A stretch of 64,000 bases of DNA from contig JAXGJZ010000005.1 in assembly GCA_040769985.1 (NCBI GenBank), positions 51,426-115,425 on the forward strand. Direction: 5' to 3'. The notes under the pieces were generated by a model. The model was not told where the DNA came from, did not search any database, and saw nothing but the letters and a program-made list of their open reading frames with translations. The stretch is from Desulfobacterales bacterium (GTDB taxonomy: Bacteria > Desulfobacterota > Desulfobacteria > Desulfobacterales > JAHDSC01). Positions 11,721 through 21,710 of this stretch are shown in pieces. Both the position numbers and the translations under genes were made by a program. Numbering within the stretch: the first letter of the stretch is position 1; each line of letters begins with the position of its first letter.

Positions 11721-12548
11721 TTATTTCTTTCCACGCTTTTTAACAATATACTTATCGCTCTTCCTTTTATTTCTAGTTTTAAAACCCTTCGTCGGTTTAC
11801 CCCACGGGGTACATGGGTGTCGTCCGCCGGAAGATCTTCCTTCTCCACCGCCCATTGGATGATCCACCGGGTTCATCGCAACACCTCGAACTTTGGGCCG
11901 CCTGCCAAGCCAGCGTTTTCGACCCGCCTTCCCAAGGGAAATGTTTTCATGAACAACGTTTCCGAGTTGCCCGATCGTGGCTTTACAATTTTGCAGCACC
12001 ATTCGGACCTCTCCGGACGGAAGCTTTATGAGGGCGTAGCGGTCTTCCTTTGCCATTAATTGTGCAAAAGTTCCCGCGCTTCTTACAATCTGCCCCCCTT
12101 TTCCCTGACGCAGTTCAATATTATGAATATGGGTGCCCAGAGGGATATTACTCAAAGGAAGCGTGTTGCCGGGTTTAATATCCGCATCCGGTCCCGACAT
12201 GACCACATCATTCACCGAAAGATTCAGCGGAGCCAGAATATATCGCTTTTCACCATCCACATAGTATAAAAGGGCGATTCTTGCACTGCGGTTCGGATCA
12301 TATTCGATTCGCGCAACCCTTGCCGGAATTCCGATTTTATCCCGCTTGAAATCAATGATCCGATAGTGCCGCCGGTGTCCCCCTCCGCGATGTCGACAGG
12401 TGATCCGGCCGTTTACATTTCGACCACCATTTTTCTTGATCACCCGCAATAGACTTTTCTCGGGTTTTTCGCTGGTAACATCCTCAAATGTTGAATATAC
12501 TTGAAATCTTCGACCGGGAGATGTCGGCTTTACTTTCTTTACTGACAT
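11721..12548 (-). CDS. rplB: 50S ribosomal protein L2 (uL2)
   Basis: ORF 11721..12560. Likely start [17 protein letters not shown] at 12548. [13 protein letters not shown] motif. Confidence 0.97.
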   Translation of the reverse strand: MSVKKVKPTSPGRRFQVYSTFEDVTSEKPEKSLLRVIKKNGGRNVNGRITCRHRGGGHRRHYRIIDFKRDKIGIPARVARIEYDPNRSARIALLYYVDGEKRYILAPLNLSVNDVVMSGPDADIKPGNTLPLSNIPLGTHIHNIELRQGKGGQIVRSAGTFAQLMAKEDRYALIKLPSGEVRMVLQNCKATIGQLGNVVHENISLGKAGRKRWLGRRPKVRGVAMNPVDHPMGGGEGRSSGGRHPCTPWGKPTKGFKTRNKRKSDKYIVKKRGKK

Positions 12549-12636
12549 TATAAGCCTCACTTATCAATCATTCCGCCGAATGCGATCCTGTTGGCGGTTT
12601 TCAACGGACGACTGCGAATAAACAACGGATAGCGAA

Positions 12637-12924
12637 CTAAACTCCTTCAAAAAAATCAATTCGTTGACCAGGCATCAACTTTACTACCGCTTTTTTCCAG
12701 TCTTTCCGTTTACCTAAAATTCGACCTCTTCGCTTGACCTTACCCTTAATGTTCATTGTTTGCACATTGGCAACCCTGACATTAAATATATTTTCGATAG
12801 CCCTTTTGATTTCAACTCGGTTTGCCCTTGGATCCACCTCAAACGAAACCTGATTTGTAAGCTCTTTTTGTATATTCGTTTTCTCAGTGATCAAAGGCCG
12901 TTTAATAATTTCGTACCGAATCAT
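12637..12924 (-). CDS. rplW: 50S ribosomal protein L23 (uL23)
   Basis: 95 aa. [11 protein letters not shown] motif. 4-nt overlap with the rplD stop. Confidence 0.96.
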   Translation of the reverse strand: MIRYEIIKRPLITEKTNIQKELTNQVSFEVDPRANRVEIKRAIENIFNVRVANVQTMNIKGKVKRRGRILGKRKDWKKAVVKLMPGQRIDFFEGV

Positions 12925-13544
12925 GCGAGCAGCCTCCTTTCAATATCGCTGATTGAAGACTCCAGCAAAACCAGGCTTCTATATTTGAGAATGTCATATA
13001 CATTCAAACCATCACATCTAAGCACTTTCACGTCCGGAAGGTTCCGGGATGAAAGTTCCAGCTTTTCGTCCTTTTTATCCGTTATGATCAAGGCGTTTTT
13101 TACTTTCAATGCATTGACCACTTCCAGAAACCTCTTGGTTTTAATCTGATTCAGTTCAAGGCGATCCAGCACGACAAGATTGTTTTCCTGCAATTTGGAA
13201 CTCAACGCCATTTTTAGAGCGAGCCTTCTTATCCTTTTTGGAACCCGGTAAACATATGACCTGGGATCCGGCCCGAAAACCACTCCCCCTCCCCTGAGCA
13301 GGGGGGATTTAATATCACCCCGGCGAGCCCTGCCGGTTCCTTTCTGGCGAAAAAGCTTCCTTCGGCTGCCGCTGACATCGCTTCGATGTTTTACCGCTGC
13401 AGACCCGGCCCTTCTGCAAGCCAGTTGCATTTTTACAACCTCGTGCAAAACACTCGACTTAACGGGCACATTGAAAACCGTATCCGCAAGATCGACCTGG
13501 GTTACCTTTTCTCCAACACTATTTAGAACATCTACAACTGCCAT
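12921..13544 (-). CDS. rplD: 50S ribosomal protein L4 (uL4)
   Basis: ORF 12921..13604. Conserved start [14 protein letters not shown] at 13544, preceded by [21 protein letters not shown] motif. Confidence 0.95.
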   Translation of the reverse strand: MAVVDVLNSVGEKVTQVDLADTVFNVPVKSSVLHEVVKMQLACRRAGSAAVKHRSDVSGSRRKLFRQKGTGRARRGDIKSPLLRGGGVVFGPDPRSYVYRVPKRIRRLALKMALSSKLQENNLVVLDRLELNQIKTKRFLEVVNALKVKNALIITDKKDEKLELSSRNLPDVKVLRCDGLNVYDILKYRSLVLLESSISDIERRLLA

Positions 13545-13650
13545 AATTTTCCTCGATAATCCGTTTGGACCGCTTGCGGCGAAGAACCGTGAAAATGCGG
13601 CCAATGAATCATTTCATCCGTCGGGCCTTTTTCTTCGGCCCCAGCCGACA

Positions 13651-14289
13651 TCATGCCTTTTTCCCAACCTTGGTTTTCTTAATCTCGATAAGCCCCGACC
13701 GGGAGCCCGGTATCGCGCCTTTTAGCAGAATAAGATTCTCTTCGGGCCTTATATCGACGATTTCAAGGTTCTTGATCGTTTTTTTCTGATTCCCATATTG
13801 CCCGGGCATTTTTTTGCCCTTGAGAACCCTGGAAGGCCAAGCACTGCAACCAATAGACCCAGGCACTCTATGGCTTTTGCATCCATGGGTATCCGGACCT
13901 CCGTGAAATCCGTGCCGTTTCACAACGCCTGCAAAACCTCTGCCCTTGGTACGGCCCGTAATATCGATCTTCTCCCCTACCTTGAATATGTCCAGGGTAA
14001 CTTCCTGCCCTAGCTGGTAACCCTCCGGATTATCCACCGAAAATTCCCGCATGAATGCGAAAACGCCTTCGCCGCTTTTTTTAAAATGCCCCCGCAACGG
14101 TTTGTTGACACGAGATTTTTTTTTCTCGCCAAAGCCAAGTTGAAGGGCATTGTATCCATCCGCGGCGATTGTTTTAACCTGAGTCACCACGCAGGGGCCT
14201 ACCTGCAGTACGGTCACCGGCAGGCACTTGCCTTCCGGCGTAAACAGGTTCGTCATCCCTAATTTTTTCCCTAACAATCCTTTACACAT
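13651..14289 (-). CDS. rplC: 50S ribosomal protein L3 (uL3)
   Basis: 212 aa. [14 protein letters not shown]-terminus. Confidence 0.97.
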   Translation of the reverse strand: MCKGLLGKKLGMTNLFTPEGKCLPVTVLQVGPCVVTQVKTIAADGYNALQLGFGEKKKSRVNKPLRGHFKKSGEGVFAFMREFSVDNPEGYQLGQEVTLDIFKVGEKIDITGRTKGRGFAGVVKRHGFHGGPDTHGCKSHRVPGSIGCSAWPSRVLKGKKMPGQYGNQKKTIKNLEIVDIRPEENLILLKGAIPGSRSGLIEIKKTKVGKKA

Positions 14290-14486
14290 AACGTCAACTT
14301 GTTCCTTCTCGATTTTAGAGGAACCGATTCAGTTTTTTTCGCATTTTGGGCGGAATGCTCAAAAAAACAACAAATTGGTTTTCTCCCCATGGTTCACCTC
14401 GGGGAATGCGATTGCTGTTTTCGGTTCTCTGCAGATCGAGGCTTTTCGGATTTATCAAGCCATCAATCTCTGTATGATTTCAAACA

Positions 14487-14792
14487 CTATAATTTTATCT
14501 CTACATCGACTCCGGGAGAAAGATCCAGTTTCATCAAGGCGTCCACTGTTTGTTGCGTCGGCTCTAGGATATCCAGAAGTCGCTTGTGTGTTCTAATCTC
14601 AAACTGCTCTCTGGATTTCTTATCAATGTGGGGAGATCGAAGGACACAATACTTATTAATCCGAGTCGGAAGGGGTATGGGACCTACGACTTTGGCTCCT
14701 GTTTTTTTGGCCGTATCAAAAATATCCGCAGCCGATTGATCCAGAAGCTTATGATCATATGCCTTGAGTCTGATCCTGATTTTCGAGTTCAT
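14487..14792 (-). CDS. rpsJ: 30S ribosomal protein S10 (uS10)
   Basis: ORF 14487..14822. Likely start [18 protein letters not shown] at 14792 (101 aa). Confidence 0.96.
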   Translation of the reverse strand: MNSKIRIRLKAYDHKLLDQSAADIFDTAKKTGAKVVGPIPLPTRINKYCVLRSPHIDKKSREQFEIRTHKRLLDILEPTQQTVDALMKLDLSPGVDVEIKL

Positions 14793-14813
14793 TATCATTA
14801 TTTTGTTTGTTCC

Positions 14814-16022
14814 TTTATTCAATTATATCGCTGACCACTCCCGCACCCACCGTGCGTCCACCTTCCCTGATCGCAAACCGGAGCTCTTTCTCCATCGCAA
14901 TCGGGGTGATCAACTCCGCCGAAATCGTTACGTTGTCGCCCGGCATGATCATCTCCACACCTTCCGGCAACTGCAACACCCCCGTTACATCCGTCGTCCG
15001 AAAATAAAACTGCGGCCGGTAACCATTGAAAAACGGCGTGTGACGACCCCCTTCCTCCTTGCTCAATATGTAAACCTCCGCCTTGAACTTCGTGTGGGGG
15101 GTGATCGACCCGGGAACCGCTACCACCTGCCCTCGCTCAACTTCCTCACGCTTCGTTCCCCGTAGCAAAATCCCAATGTTGTCTCCCGCTCGACCCTCGT
15201 CCAGCAACTTCCGGAACATCTCCACACCCGTACACACCGTCTTGGCCGTCGGTCGAATCCCGATAATCTCTACCTCGTCGCCAACCTTGATCACTCCACG
15301 CTCGACTCGACCCGTTACCACCGTCCCCCGTCCCGATATGCTGAATACATCCTCTATCGGCATCAAAAACGGCTTGTCTATGTCCCGCTCCGGCTCCGGA
15401 ATAAAAGAGTCAATCGCGTCCATCAACTCAAAAATACACTTGGCTTCCGCACTCCCCGGATCGTCGCTCTCCAACGCCTTTAAGGCACTGCCCCGAACAA
15501 TCGGCGTGTCGTCGCCCGGAAACCCATACTTGTCCAGTAACTCCCGAAGCTCCAACTCCACCAACTCCACCAACTCCTCGTCATCCACCATGTCGCACTT
15601 GTTTAAAAATACCACAATCCGAGGAACCCCAACCTGACGCGCAAGCAATATGTGCTCACGGGTCTGCGGCATCGGTCCGTCATCGGCACCTACCACCAGT
15701 ATCGCTCCATCCATCTGCGCCGCTCCCGTAATCATGTTCTTAATGTAATCCGCATGACCCGGACAGTCTACATGCGCATAGTGACGCTTGCTCGTCTCAT
15801 ACTCAACATGCGCCGTCGCAATCGTTATCCCACGCGCCTTCTCCTCCGGCGCCTTGTCTATCTGATCAAACGGAACAAAATGCGCCAAACCCTTCAACCC
15901 TAAATGCTTGGTGATCGCTGCCGTTAACGTCGTCTTCCCATGATCGATATGCCCGATCGTACCTACATTTACATGCGGCTTCTTCCGCTCAAATTTCTCC
16001 TTCGCCATCTCGTCGCCCTCCT
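14814..16022 (-). repeat. tuf duplication, copy 1 of a ~1209-bp direct repeat that appears identical
   Basis: The boundary bases were aligned by hand and identity breaks at 14813/29839 and 16023/31049. Identical ORF translations in several frames on both strands imply nucleotide identity across the block. Confidence 0.9.
14815..16008 (-). CDS. tuf: Elongation factor Tu, copy 1 (str-operon copy)
   Basis: 397 aa from [33 protein letters not shown] lies 8 nt upstream of the ATG at 16008. The 6-aa upstream extension in the ORF track (to 16026) lies outside the duplicated block and is not in copy 2. Protein is identical to copy 2. Confidence 0.98.
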   Translation of the reverse strand: MAKEKFERKKPHVNVGTIGHIDHGKTTLTAAITKHLGLKGLAHFVPFDQIDKAPEEKARGITIATAHVEYETSKRHYAHVDCPGHADYIKNMITGAAQMDGAILVVGADDGPMPQTREHILLARQVGVPRIVVFLNKCDMVDDEELVELVELELRELLDKYGFPGDDTPIVRGSALKALESDDPGSAEAKCIFELMDAIDSFIPEPERDIDKPFLMPIEDVFSISGRGTVVTGRVERGVIKVGDEVEIIGIRPTAKTVCTGVEMFRKLLDEGRAGDNIGILLRGTKREEVERGQVVAVPGSITPHTKFKAEVYILSKEEGGRHTPFFNGYRPQFYFRTTDVTGVLQLPEGVEMIMPGDNVTISAELITPIAMEKELRFAIREGGRTVGAGVVSDIIE

Positions 16023-16083
16023 TCATCTGAAAGGTGTATCGCGCATTTCCAGAGCCCGCTCGATCCGATCCGTCTTATATATC

Positions 16084-16554
16084 CTACCATCGGAAGTGAG
16101 CAAATGCCTTGTTGGCCTCCGCCATCTTATGGGTATCTTCTTTTTTCTTGACGGAAGCTCCCCGATTGTTGGCGGCATCCAAGAATTCCCCTGCAAGCTT
16201 GCCGGCCATGCTTTTTTCCGACCGATTCTTCGCATAGCCGATTATCCATCGGATCGCCAAAGCCGTTCGCCGGGAAGGCCGTATCTCCGTCGGCACTTGA
16301 TATGTCGAACCGCCGACTCGCCGCGATTTCACTTCGATCACCGGTCTCACATTGTCAACCGCGTTTTCAAAAATCTTCAGCGGTGATTCTTTTGTTTTTT
16401 CATCAATGATATCAAACGAATCATACAGTATCGATTCCGCCGTGCTCTTTTTTCCGTCACGCATGATCGCATTTATAAATTTTGACACCAACCTGCTGTT
16501 ATGCTTCGAATCCGGTATGATTCTTCGCTCAGGGACTTCTCTTCTTCTTGGCAT
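16084..16554 (-). CDS. rpsG: 30S ribosomal protein S7 (uS7)
   Basis: 156 aa. [17 protein letters not shown] ... AFAHFRW. Confidence 0.98.
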   Translation of the reverse strand: MPRRREVPERRIIPDSKHNSRLVSKFINAIMRDGKKSTAESILYDSFDIIDEKTKESPLKIFENAVDNVRPVIEVKSRRVGGSTYQVPTEIRPSRRTALAIRWIIGYAKNRSEKSMAGKLAGEFLDAANNRGASVKKKEDTHKMAEANKAFAHFRW

Positions 16555-16748
16555 ATCCTATATCACCTTTTATTGATTCATTCGAGATCTTTGCATCGTG
16601 CTCCCATTCGTCCGGTTATTGTATTGCGCTTTCTTCGAACGGAAACGAAATGGAGCATTTTTAAAGGTCTCCATTCGGAAACTTAAAAAATTTAGGAATT
16701 GGAGATTAACAAATCCCTCAATCCCTAAGTCACCGAATTTCAATCCAT

Positions 16749-17120
16749 TTACTTGGGTTTCTTTGCGCCGTATTTCGATCGGCCCTGCTTTCGATCCTCC
16801 ACTCCCAGCGTATCAAGCGTTCCCCGAATGATATGATAACGCACACCGGGCAAATCCTTCACTCGCCCGCCCCGCACCAAGACCACGGAATGCTCCTGAA
16901 GGTTATGGCCAATGCCGGGAATGTAAGCGGTTACCTCAATCCCACTCGTCAACCGAACCCTTGCGACCTTGCGTAGCGCGGAATTGGGTTTCTTAGGGGT
17001 TGAGGTATACACACGGGTACAAACCCCTCTTTTTTGGGGAGCCCCCCTCAGCGCCGGTGTAGCGCTCTTTTTCTTGGCTCTTTCCCTGCCCTTTCGAACT
17101 AACTGGTTGATTGTCGGCAT
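16749..17120 (-). CDS. rpsL: 30S ribosomal protein S12 (uS12)
   Basis: 123 aa. [13 protein letters not shown]-terminus. [13 protein letters not shown] motif. Confidence 0.98.
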   Translation of the reverse strand: MPTINQLVRKGRERAKKKSATPALRGAPQKRGVCTRVYTSTPKKPNSALRKVARVRLTSGIEVTAYIPGIGHNLQEHSVVLVRGGRVKDLPGVRYHIIRGTLDTLGVEDRKQGRSKYGAKKPK

Positions 17121-17301
17121 ATTTTCCCCTTGCCACCTGATGATTTCACAGCTTTGAAATTTTTAACAGGTCTCATTTTGTAAATGCATTTCCGAATCTT
17201 GGTAAAAGATTCCGTTTTTTATACGTGAAGCAGCGTAATGTCAAGCCTTTTGTGAAAAAATCACGTTGTTTTCAAAAATCCGGTGGACTTTCCGGATCCG
17301 T

Positions 17302-20300
17302 TCAGCCGGTTTTCACGTCCACTTCGCTGTAGGCAGGGTTGCCGGTTCCTGCTGGTATAATCCTGCCCATGATAACGTTTTCTTTAAGTCCACGCAGATG
17401 ATCAACGGCACCGGAAATACTGGCATCGGTCAACACCTTGGTGGTCTCCTGGAACGACGCGGCGGAAATAAAACTATCGGTGCTCAGCGACGCCTTGGTA
17501 ATACCCAGGATAAGAGGTTCGGCGACAGCCGGTTTTCCGCCTTTTTCAATCACTTCTTTATTAGCTTCCTCAAATTGTGTTCTGTTTACCTGCTCTTCAG
17601 CTATAAACTCCGTATCACCGGCATCGAGGACCTTAACCCGCTTCATCATCTGGCGGACAATCACCTCGATGTGCTTGTCATTTATCCGAACGCCCTGCAA
17701 TCGATAGACTTCCTGAACCTCATCAACCAGGTACCTGGCCAATGCGACTTCCCCTTTGATATTCAAAATGTCCTGAGGATTCGCCGAGCCGCTGATCAGA
17801 GGTTCGCCGGCCCGCACATAGTCCCCTTCATATACATTAATATGCTTGCCGCGAGGAATCAGATATTCTTTTTTTTCGCCCACATCAACGGGTGTCACCG
17901 TTACCTTCTGCTTGCCTTTCTTGGTGCTTTTTGAAATCGAGGCATAACCGTTGATTTCACTCAACACGGTGGTCTCTTTCGGCTTGCGCACCTCAAAAAG
18001 TTCCGCAACCCTGGGAAGCCCTCCGGTGATATCCTTGGTCTTGGTTGTCGCCCTAGGCAACTTTGCAATCACATCTCCGGCTTTCACCTCACCGCCTTCC
18101 TCAACGAGTAAAATCGCATCCACGGGAAGCATGTATCGCGCAACTCCGGAAGACGAAGGCAGTTGAAGAGTTTTACCTTCCTTGTCCTTTATGGATATCC
18201 GGGGACGTACCTCGGAGCTTCTGGATTCGATAATCATGCGGCTGGACTTCCCCGTGACCGGATCCACCTTTTCCTGCATCGTTTTTCCGATCTCTATGTC
18301 GCCGAACTTCACAATTCCGTTGACCCCTGTAATAATCGGAGTCGTAAAGGGGTCCCAGGTTGCCAGGAGATCGCCGGCCTTAACCTCCTGTCCGTCCTTC
18401 ACCATAATATGGGCGCCGTAAATAACCGGAAACCGCTCCCGTTCCCGTCCGGTTTCACCGACGATGCTGAATTCACCGCCCCGTCGATTCATTACCACCA
18501 GCTTCTTTTCCGCGTTTTCAACCACATTGAGTTCACCAAACTTGATCGTACCGTCGACTCTGGCTCGTATGTCCGCCTGCTCGACCCGACGGCTGGCGGT
18601 TCCACCGATGTGAAATGTGCGCATGGTCAGCTGGGTTCCCGGTTCACCGATTGATTGAGCCGCCAGAATGCCGACCGCCTGCCCGATTTCAATGGGCCGC
18701 CCGTGGGAAAGGTCCCGCCCGTAACACTTTATACAAACGCCGTGCTTGGTATTGCAGGTCAGAACCGATCGGATTTTAAGACTCGCGATTCCTGCGTCTT
18801 CGATTCGTATGACCGCTTCTTCATCAATCTCATCCCCTGCCTTAACGATCACTTCATCGGTAAACGGATCAAGAATATCCTCAATGGCGAAACGCCCCAG
18901 GATTCGTTCTCCCAGACGCTGGATGACTTCACCGCCTTCAACCAAAGCCTCGACTTCCACTCCCATCATGGTACCGCAATCCTCCTGCATGACCGCGCAG
19001 TCCTGGGCGACATCGGCGAGCCGACGCGTGAGATACCCCGAATTTGCCGTTTTCAGCGCGGTGTCGGCAAGACCTTTTCTGGCCCCGTGAGTGGAAATAA
19101 AATATTGAAGTACGGAAAGCCCTTCCCTGAAATTTGCGGTAATCGGTGTTTCAATTATTTCGCCGGATGGTTTTGCCATCAATCCACGCATCCCCGCCAG
19201 CTGACGCATCTGATCCTTGCTGCCTCTTGCCCCGGAATCCGCCATCATGTAAATGGGATTAAAACTTTCATGGGTAATCGTTTTGCCTGCTTCATCCAGT
19301 ACCGGATTGCCGTCCTTGTCGGTCAGCGCAACCATTTTCATGGATTTCATCATCTCGTTTGCCACATCGTCGGTTGCCTTTGCCCATATGTCCACAACTT
19401 TATTGTATTTTTCTCCTTGAGTGATAAGCCCTTCCGTATACTGCCGTCCGATTTCAATCACCTGCTTTTCCGCCGATTCGAGAATATCTTTTTTTGCGGA
19501 AGGAATGATCATGGCATCAATCGAAATGGAGAGCCCGCCTTCGGTCGCACACCGATACCCGAGATCTTTCAAACGGTCGGAAAGGATAACCGTTGCCTTC
19601 GGCCCAAGATTTCGATAGGCGTAATCCACCAGATCCCGCATGGCTTTTTTATCCATCACACGATTGACGGCATCAAAAGGAATCTCCGGCCGCCTGCTCA
19701 CCACTTCAAAAAGGTGATAGGCTTCATCCGCGCAAACGATATCGCTGATCTCTCCCTGTTCAAGGGCAAAAACGGCCTCAACCACCTCTTCATTGACCGG
19801 AAATATCCGCTGAAACTCGTCTTTCCGCAACAGCCCGATGCCCCCCTTATCTTCTCGATCGGGACTTTTTGAATATTGCTTCACCATGTCCGTAAAAACG
19901 GCACCGCCCCGGATCCGATCAAGAACGGATATAGCCTCATCCTCGGTATCAACCATGATATGGCGCATACTCAAAACGCTTGCCTTGGGTATAATTTCCC
20001 ATAACAGGGTTCGCCCGACCGTGGTATCGACCCGCTTTCCATCCATGCGAACGACAATTTTGGCATGAAGATCAACCGCGCCGGCATCGTAAGCGGATCG
20101 GACCTCTCCGGGATTAGCGAATATCTTGTTTTCCCCCTTGGCGCCCTCGATGCTTCTTGTCATATAGTAAATTCCAAGTACGATGTCCTGGGTCGGAACA
20201 ATAATCGGACTCCCGTTCGCCGGGGAAAGAATATTGTTGCTTGACAACATCAGCACCCGGGCTTCTATCTGGGCCTCAACGGAAAGGGGAATATGAACCG

Positions 20301-21699
20301 CCATCTGATCGCCGTCAAAGTCGGCATTGAAAGCCGTGCAAACAAGCGGATGAAGCTGAATGGCCTTTCCTTCGATCAGGGTCGGCTCAAAGGCCTGAAT
20401 CCCGAGTCGATGAAGAGTCGGTGCACGGTTTAAAAGAACCGGATATTCCTTCACCACTTCATCCAGGGTATCCCAGACTTCCGGGACCTCTCGTTCCACA
20501 AGTTTTTTGGCGCTTTTAACGGTGGAAACAAGGCCTTTCTGTTCCAAGCGATAATAAACAAAGGGTTTAAACAGCTCCAGTGCCATCTTTTTAGGTAATC
20601 CGCACTGATGCAACCGGAGATTCGGACCTACCGTAATAACGGTTCGCCCTGAATAGTCGACCCGCTTGCCCAGCAGGTTCTGACGGAAACGGCCCTGCTT
20701 TCCTTTCAAGGTGTCACTCAAAGATTTCAACGGCCGTTTGTTTGATCCCGTAATCACCCGGCCGTGCCGTCCGTTGTCAAACAAAACATCGACCGATTCC
20801 TGAAGCATCCGCTTTTCGTTGCGAACGATAATTTCAGGCGCCTTGAGATCGATCAGCCGCTTTAAGCGATTATTGCGGTTAATAACCCTGCGATACAAGT
20901 CATTGAGATCAGAGGTGGCGAATCGACCTCCTTCGAGGGGAACGAGCGGTCGCAAATCCGGAGGAAGAACCGGAATCACATCCATGATCATCCATGCGGG
21001 ATCAATTCCGCTGCGCCTGAATGCATCGACGATTTTTAGTCGTTTGGCCAGTTTTTTACGTTTTGAGTCCGAACCGGATGAACGAATCTCTTCTCTCAAT
21101 TCCTTGTAGATTGCATCCAGGTCCAACTGTTTCAGCAATACCTTGACCGCCTCGGCACCGACCCCTGCTTCAAAGCCGGTTCCATAAGTTTCAACGGCCT
21201 CCCGATACTTTTCGTCCGATAAAAGCTGTCCGCGTGATAAGCCCGTATCCTTGGGATCCGTCACGATGTAACTGTCAAAGTAGAGAACCTTCTCCATATT
21301 CTTGAGCGTGATATCCAGAAGGTTTCCGATCTTGCTCGGAAGACTCTTCAAAAACCATATATGAGATACGGGTGTAGAAAGTTCAATATGCCCCATCCGT
21401 TCTCTTCTTACCTTGGATTGAATTACCTCCACTCCGCACTTTTCACAAATCACTCCCCTGTGCTTCATCCGCTTGTACTTACCGCAATTGCATTCGTAAT
21501 CCTTGGTAGGACCAAAAATCTTGGCACAAAACAGGCCGTCTCTCTCCGGCTTAAAGGTTCGGTAATTGATCGTTTCCGGCTTTTTTATCTCTCCGTGCGA
21601 CCATTGACGAATCTGATCCGATGACGCCAGTGCAATTTTAACCCCGGAATAAAGCCTGGGATCGGTTGGCTTGGCGAAGAAATCGTATAAGGTTTCCAT
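17302..21699 (-). CDS. rpoC: DNA-directed RNA polymerase subunit beta-prime, carrying an extra parvulin-like insertion
   Basis: 1465 aa. Zn-finger [28 protein letters not shown] at residues 458-469. Bridge helix/trigger loop with a proteobacterial SI3-like insert. See the separate feature for the insert at residues 573-671. Confidence 0.98.
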   Translation of the reverse strand: METLYDFFAKPTDPRLYSGVKIALASSDQIRQWSHGEIKKPETINYRTFKPERDGLFCAKIFGPTKDYECNCGKYKRMKHRGVICEKCGVEVIQSKVRRERMGHIELSTPVSHIWFLKSLPSKIGNLLDITLKNMEKVLYFDSYIVTDPKDTGLSRGQLLSDEKYREAVETYGTGFEAGVGAEAVKVLLKQLDLDAIYKELREEIRSSGSDSKRKKLAKRLKIVDAFRRSGIDPAWMIMDVIPVLPPDLRPLVPLEGGRFATSDLNDLYRRVINRNNRLKRLIDLKAPEIIVRNEKRMLQESVDVLFDNGRHGRVITGSNKRPLKSLSDTLKGKQGRFRQNLLGKRVDYSGRTVITVGPNLRLHQCGLPKKMALELFKPFVYYRLEQKGLVSTVKSAKKLVEREVPEVWDTLDEVVKEYPVLLNRAPTLHRLGIQAFEPTLIEGKAIQLHPLVCTAFNADFDGDQMAVHIPLSVEAQIEARVLMLSSNNILSPANGSPIIVPTQDIVLGIYYMTRSIEGAKGENKIFANPGEVRSAYDAGAVDLHAKIVVRMDGKRVDTTVGRTLLWEIIPKASVLSMRHIMVDTEDEAISVLDRIRGGAVFTDMVKQYSKSPDREDKGGIGLLRKDEFQRIFPVNEEVVEAVFALEQGEISDIVCADEAYHLFEVVSRRPEIPFDAVNRVMDKKAMRDLVDYAYRNLGPKATVILSDRLKDLGYRCATEGGLSISIDAMIIPSAKKDILESAEKQVIEIGRQYTEGLITQGEKYNKVVDIWAKATDDVANEMMKSMKMVALTDKDGNPVLDEAGKTITHESFNPIYMMADSGARGSKDQMRQLAGMRGLMAKPSGEIIETPITANFREGLSVLQYFISTHGARKGLADTALKTANSGYLTRRLADVAQDCAVMQEDCGTMMGVEVEALVEGGEVIQRLGERILGRFAIEDILDPFTDEVIVKAGDEIDEEAVIRIEDAGIASLKIRSVLTCNTKHGVCIKCYGRDLSHGRPIEIGQAVGILAAQSIGEPGTQLTMRTFHIGGTASRRVEQADIRARVDGTIKFGELNVVENAEKKLVVMNRRGGEFSIVGETGRERERFPVIYGAHIMVKDGQEVKAGDLLATWDPFTTPIITGVNGIVKFGDIEIGKTMQEKVDPVTGKSSRMIIESRSSEVRPRISIKDKEGKTLQLPSSSGVARYMLPVDAILLVEEGGEVKAGDVIAKLPRATTKTKDITGGLPRVAELFEVRKPKETTVLSEINGYASISKSTKKGKQKVTVTPVDVGEKKEYLIPRGKHINVYEGDYVRAGEPLISGSANPQDILNIKGEVALARYLVDEVQEVYRLQGVRINDKHIEVIVRQMMKRVKVLDAGDTEFIAEEQVNRTQFEEANKEVIEKGGKPAVAEPLILGITKASLSTDSFISAASFQETTKVLTDASISGAVDHLRGLKENVIMGRIIPAGTGNPAYSEVDVKTG
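19687..19983 (-). other. In-frame ~99-aa parvulin (PpiC-type PPIase)-like domain within rpoC (residues ~573-671)
   Basis: Segment [99 protein letters not shown]. It sits between ...LWEIIPK and [16 protein letters not shown], which are contiguous in E. coli beta-prime as I recall it. The motif order matches parvulins: xHIxV, GxxF..yS, GGxxG, F.l..Ge.S, yHl.ev..R. Confidence 0.7.
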
Positions 21700-21710
21700 C
21701 TTTGTTCTAT

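Noticed and set aside
16009-16026. N-terminal MKEGDE extension of tuf copy 1 in the ORF track
   Set aside because: The SD AGGAGG sits 8 nt before the internal ATG at 16008. Copy 2 starts at the equivalent ATG. Identity between the two copies ends inside the putative extension.
18655-19872. 405-aa plus-strand ORF (and others: 17266-17934, 23697-24608, 22795-23295, 15083-15637/30109-30663)
   Set aside because: They lie entirely antisense to rpoC, rpoB and tuf. Their composition is low-complexity (Ser/Pro/Arg/Phe-rich), typical of shadow ORFs opposite highly expressed genes. No motifs are present.
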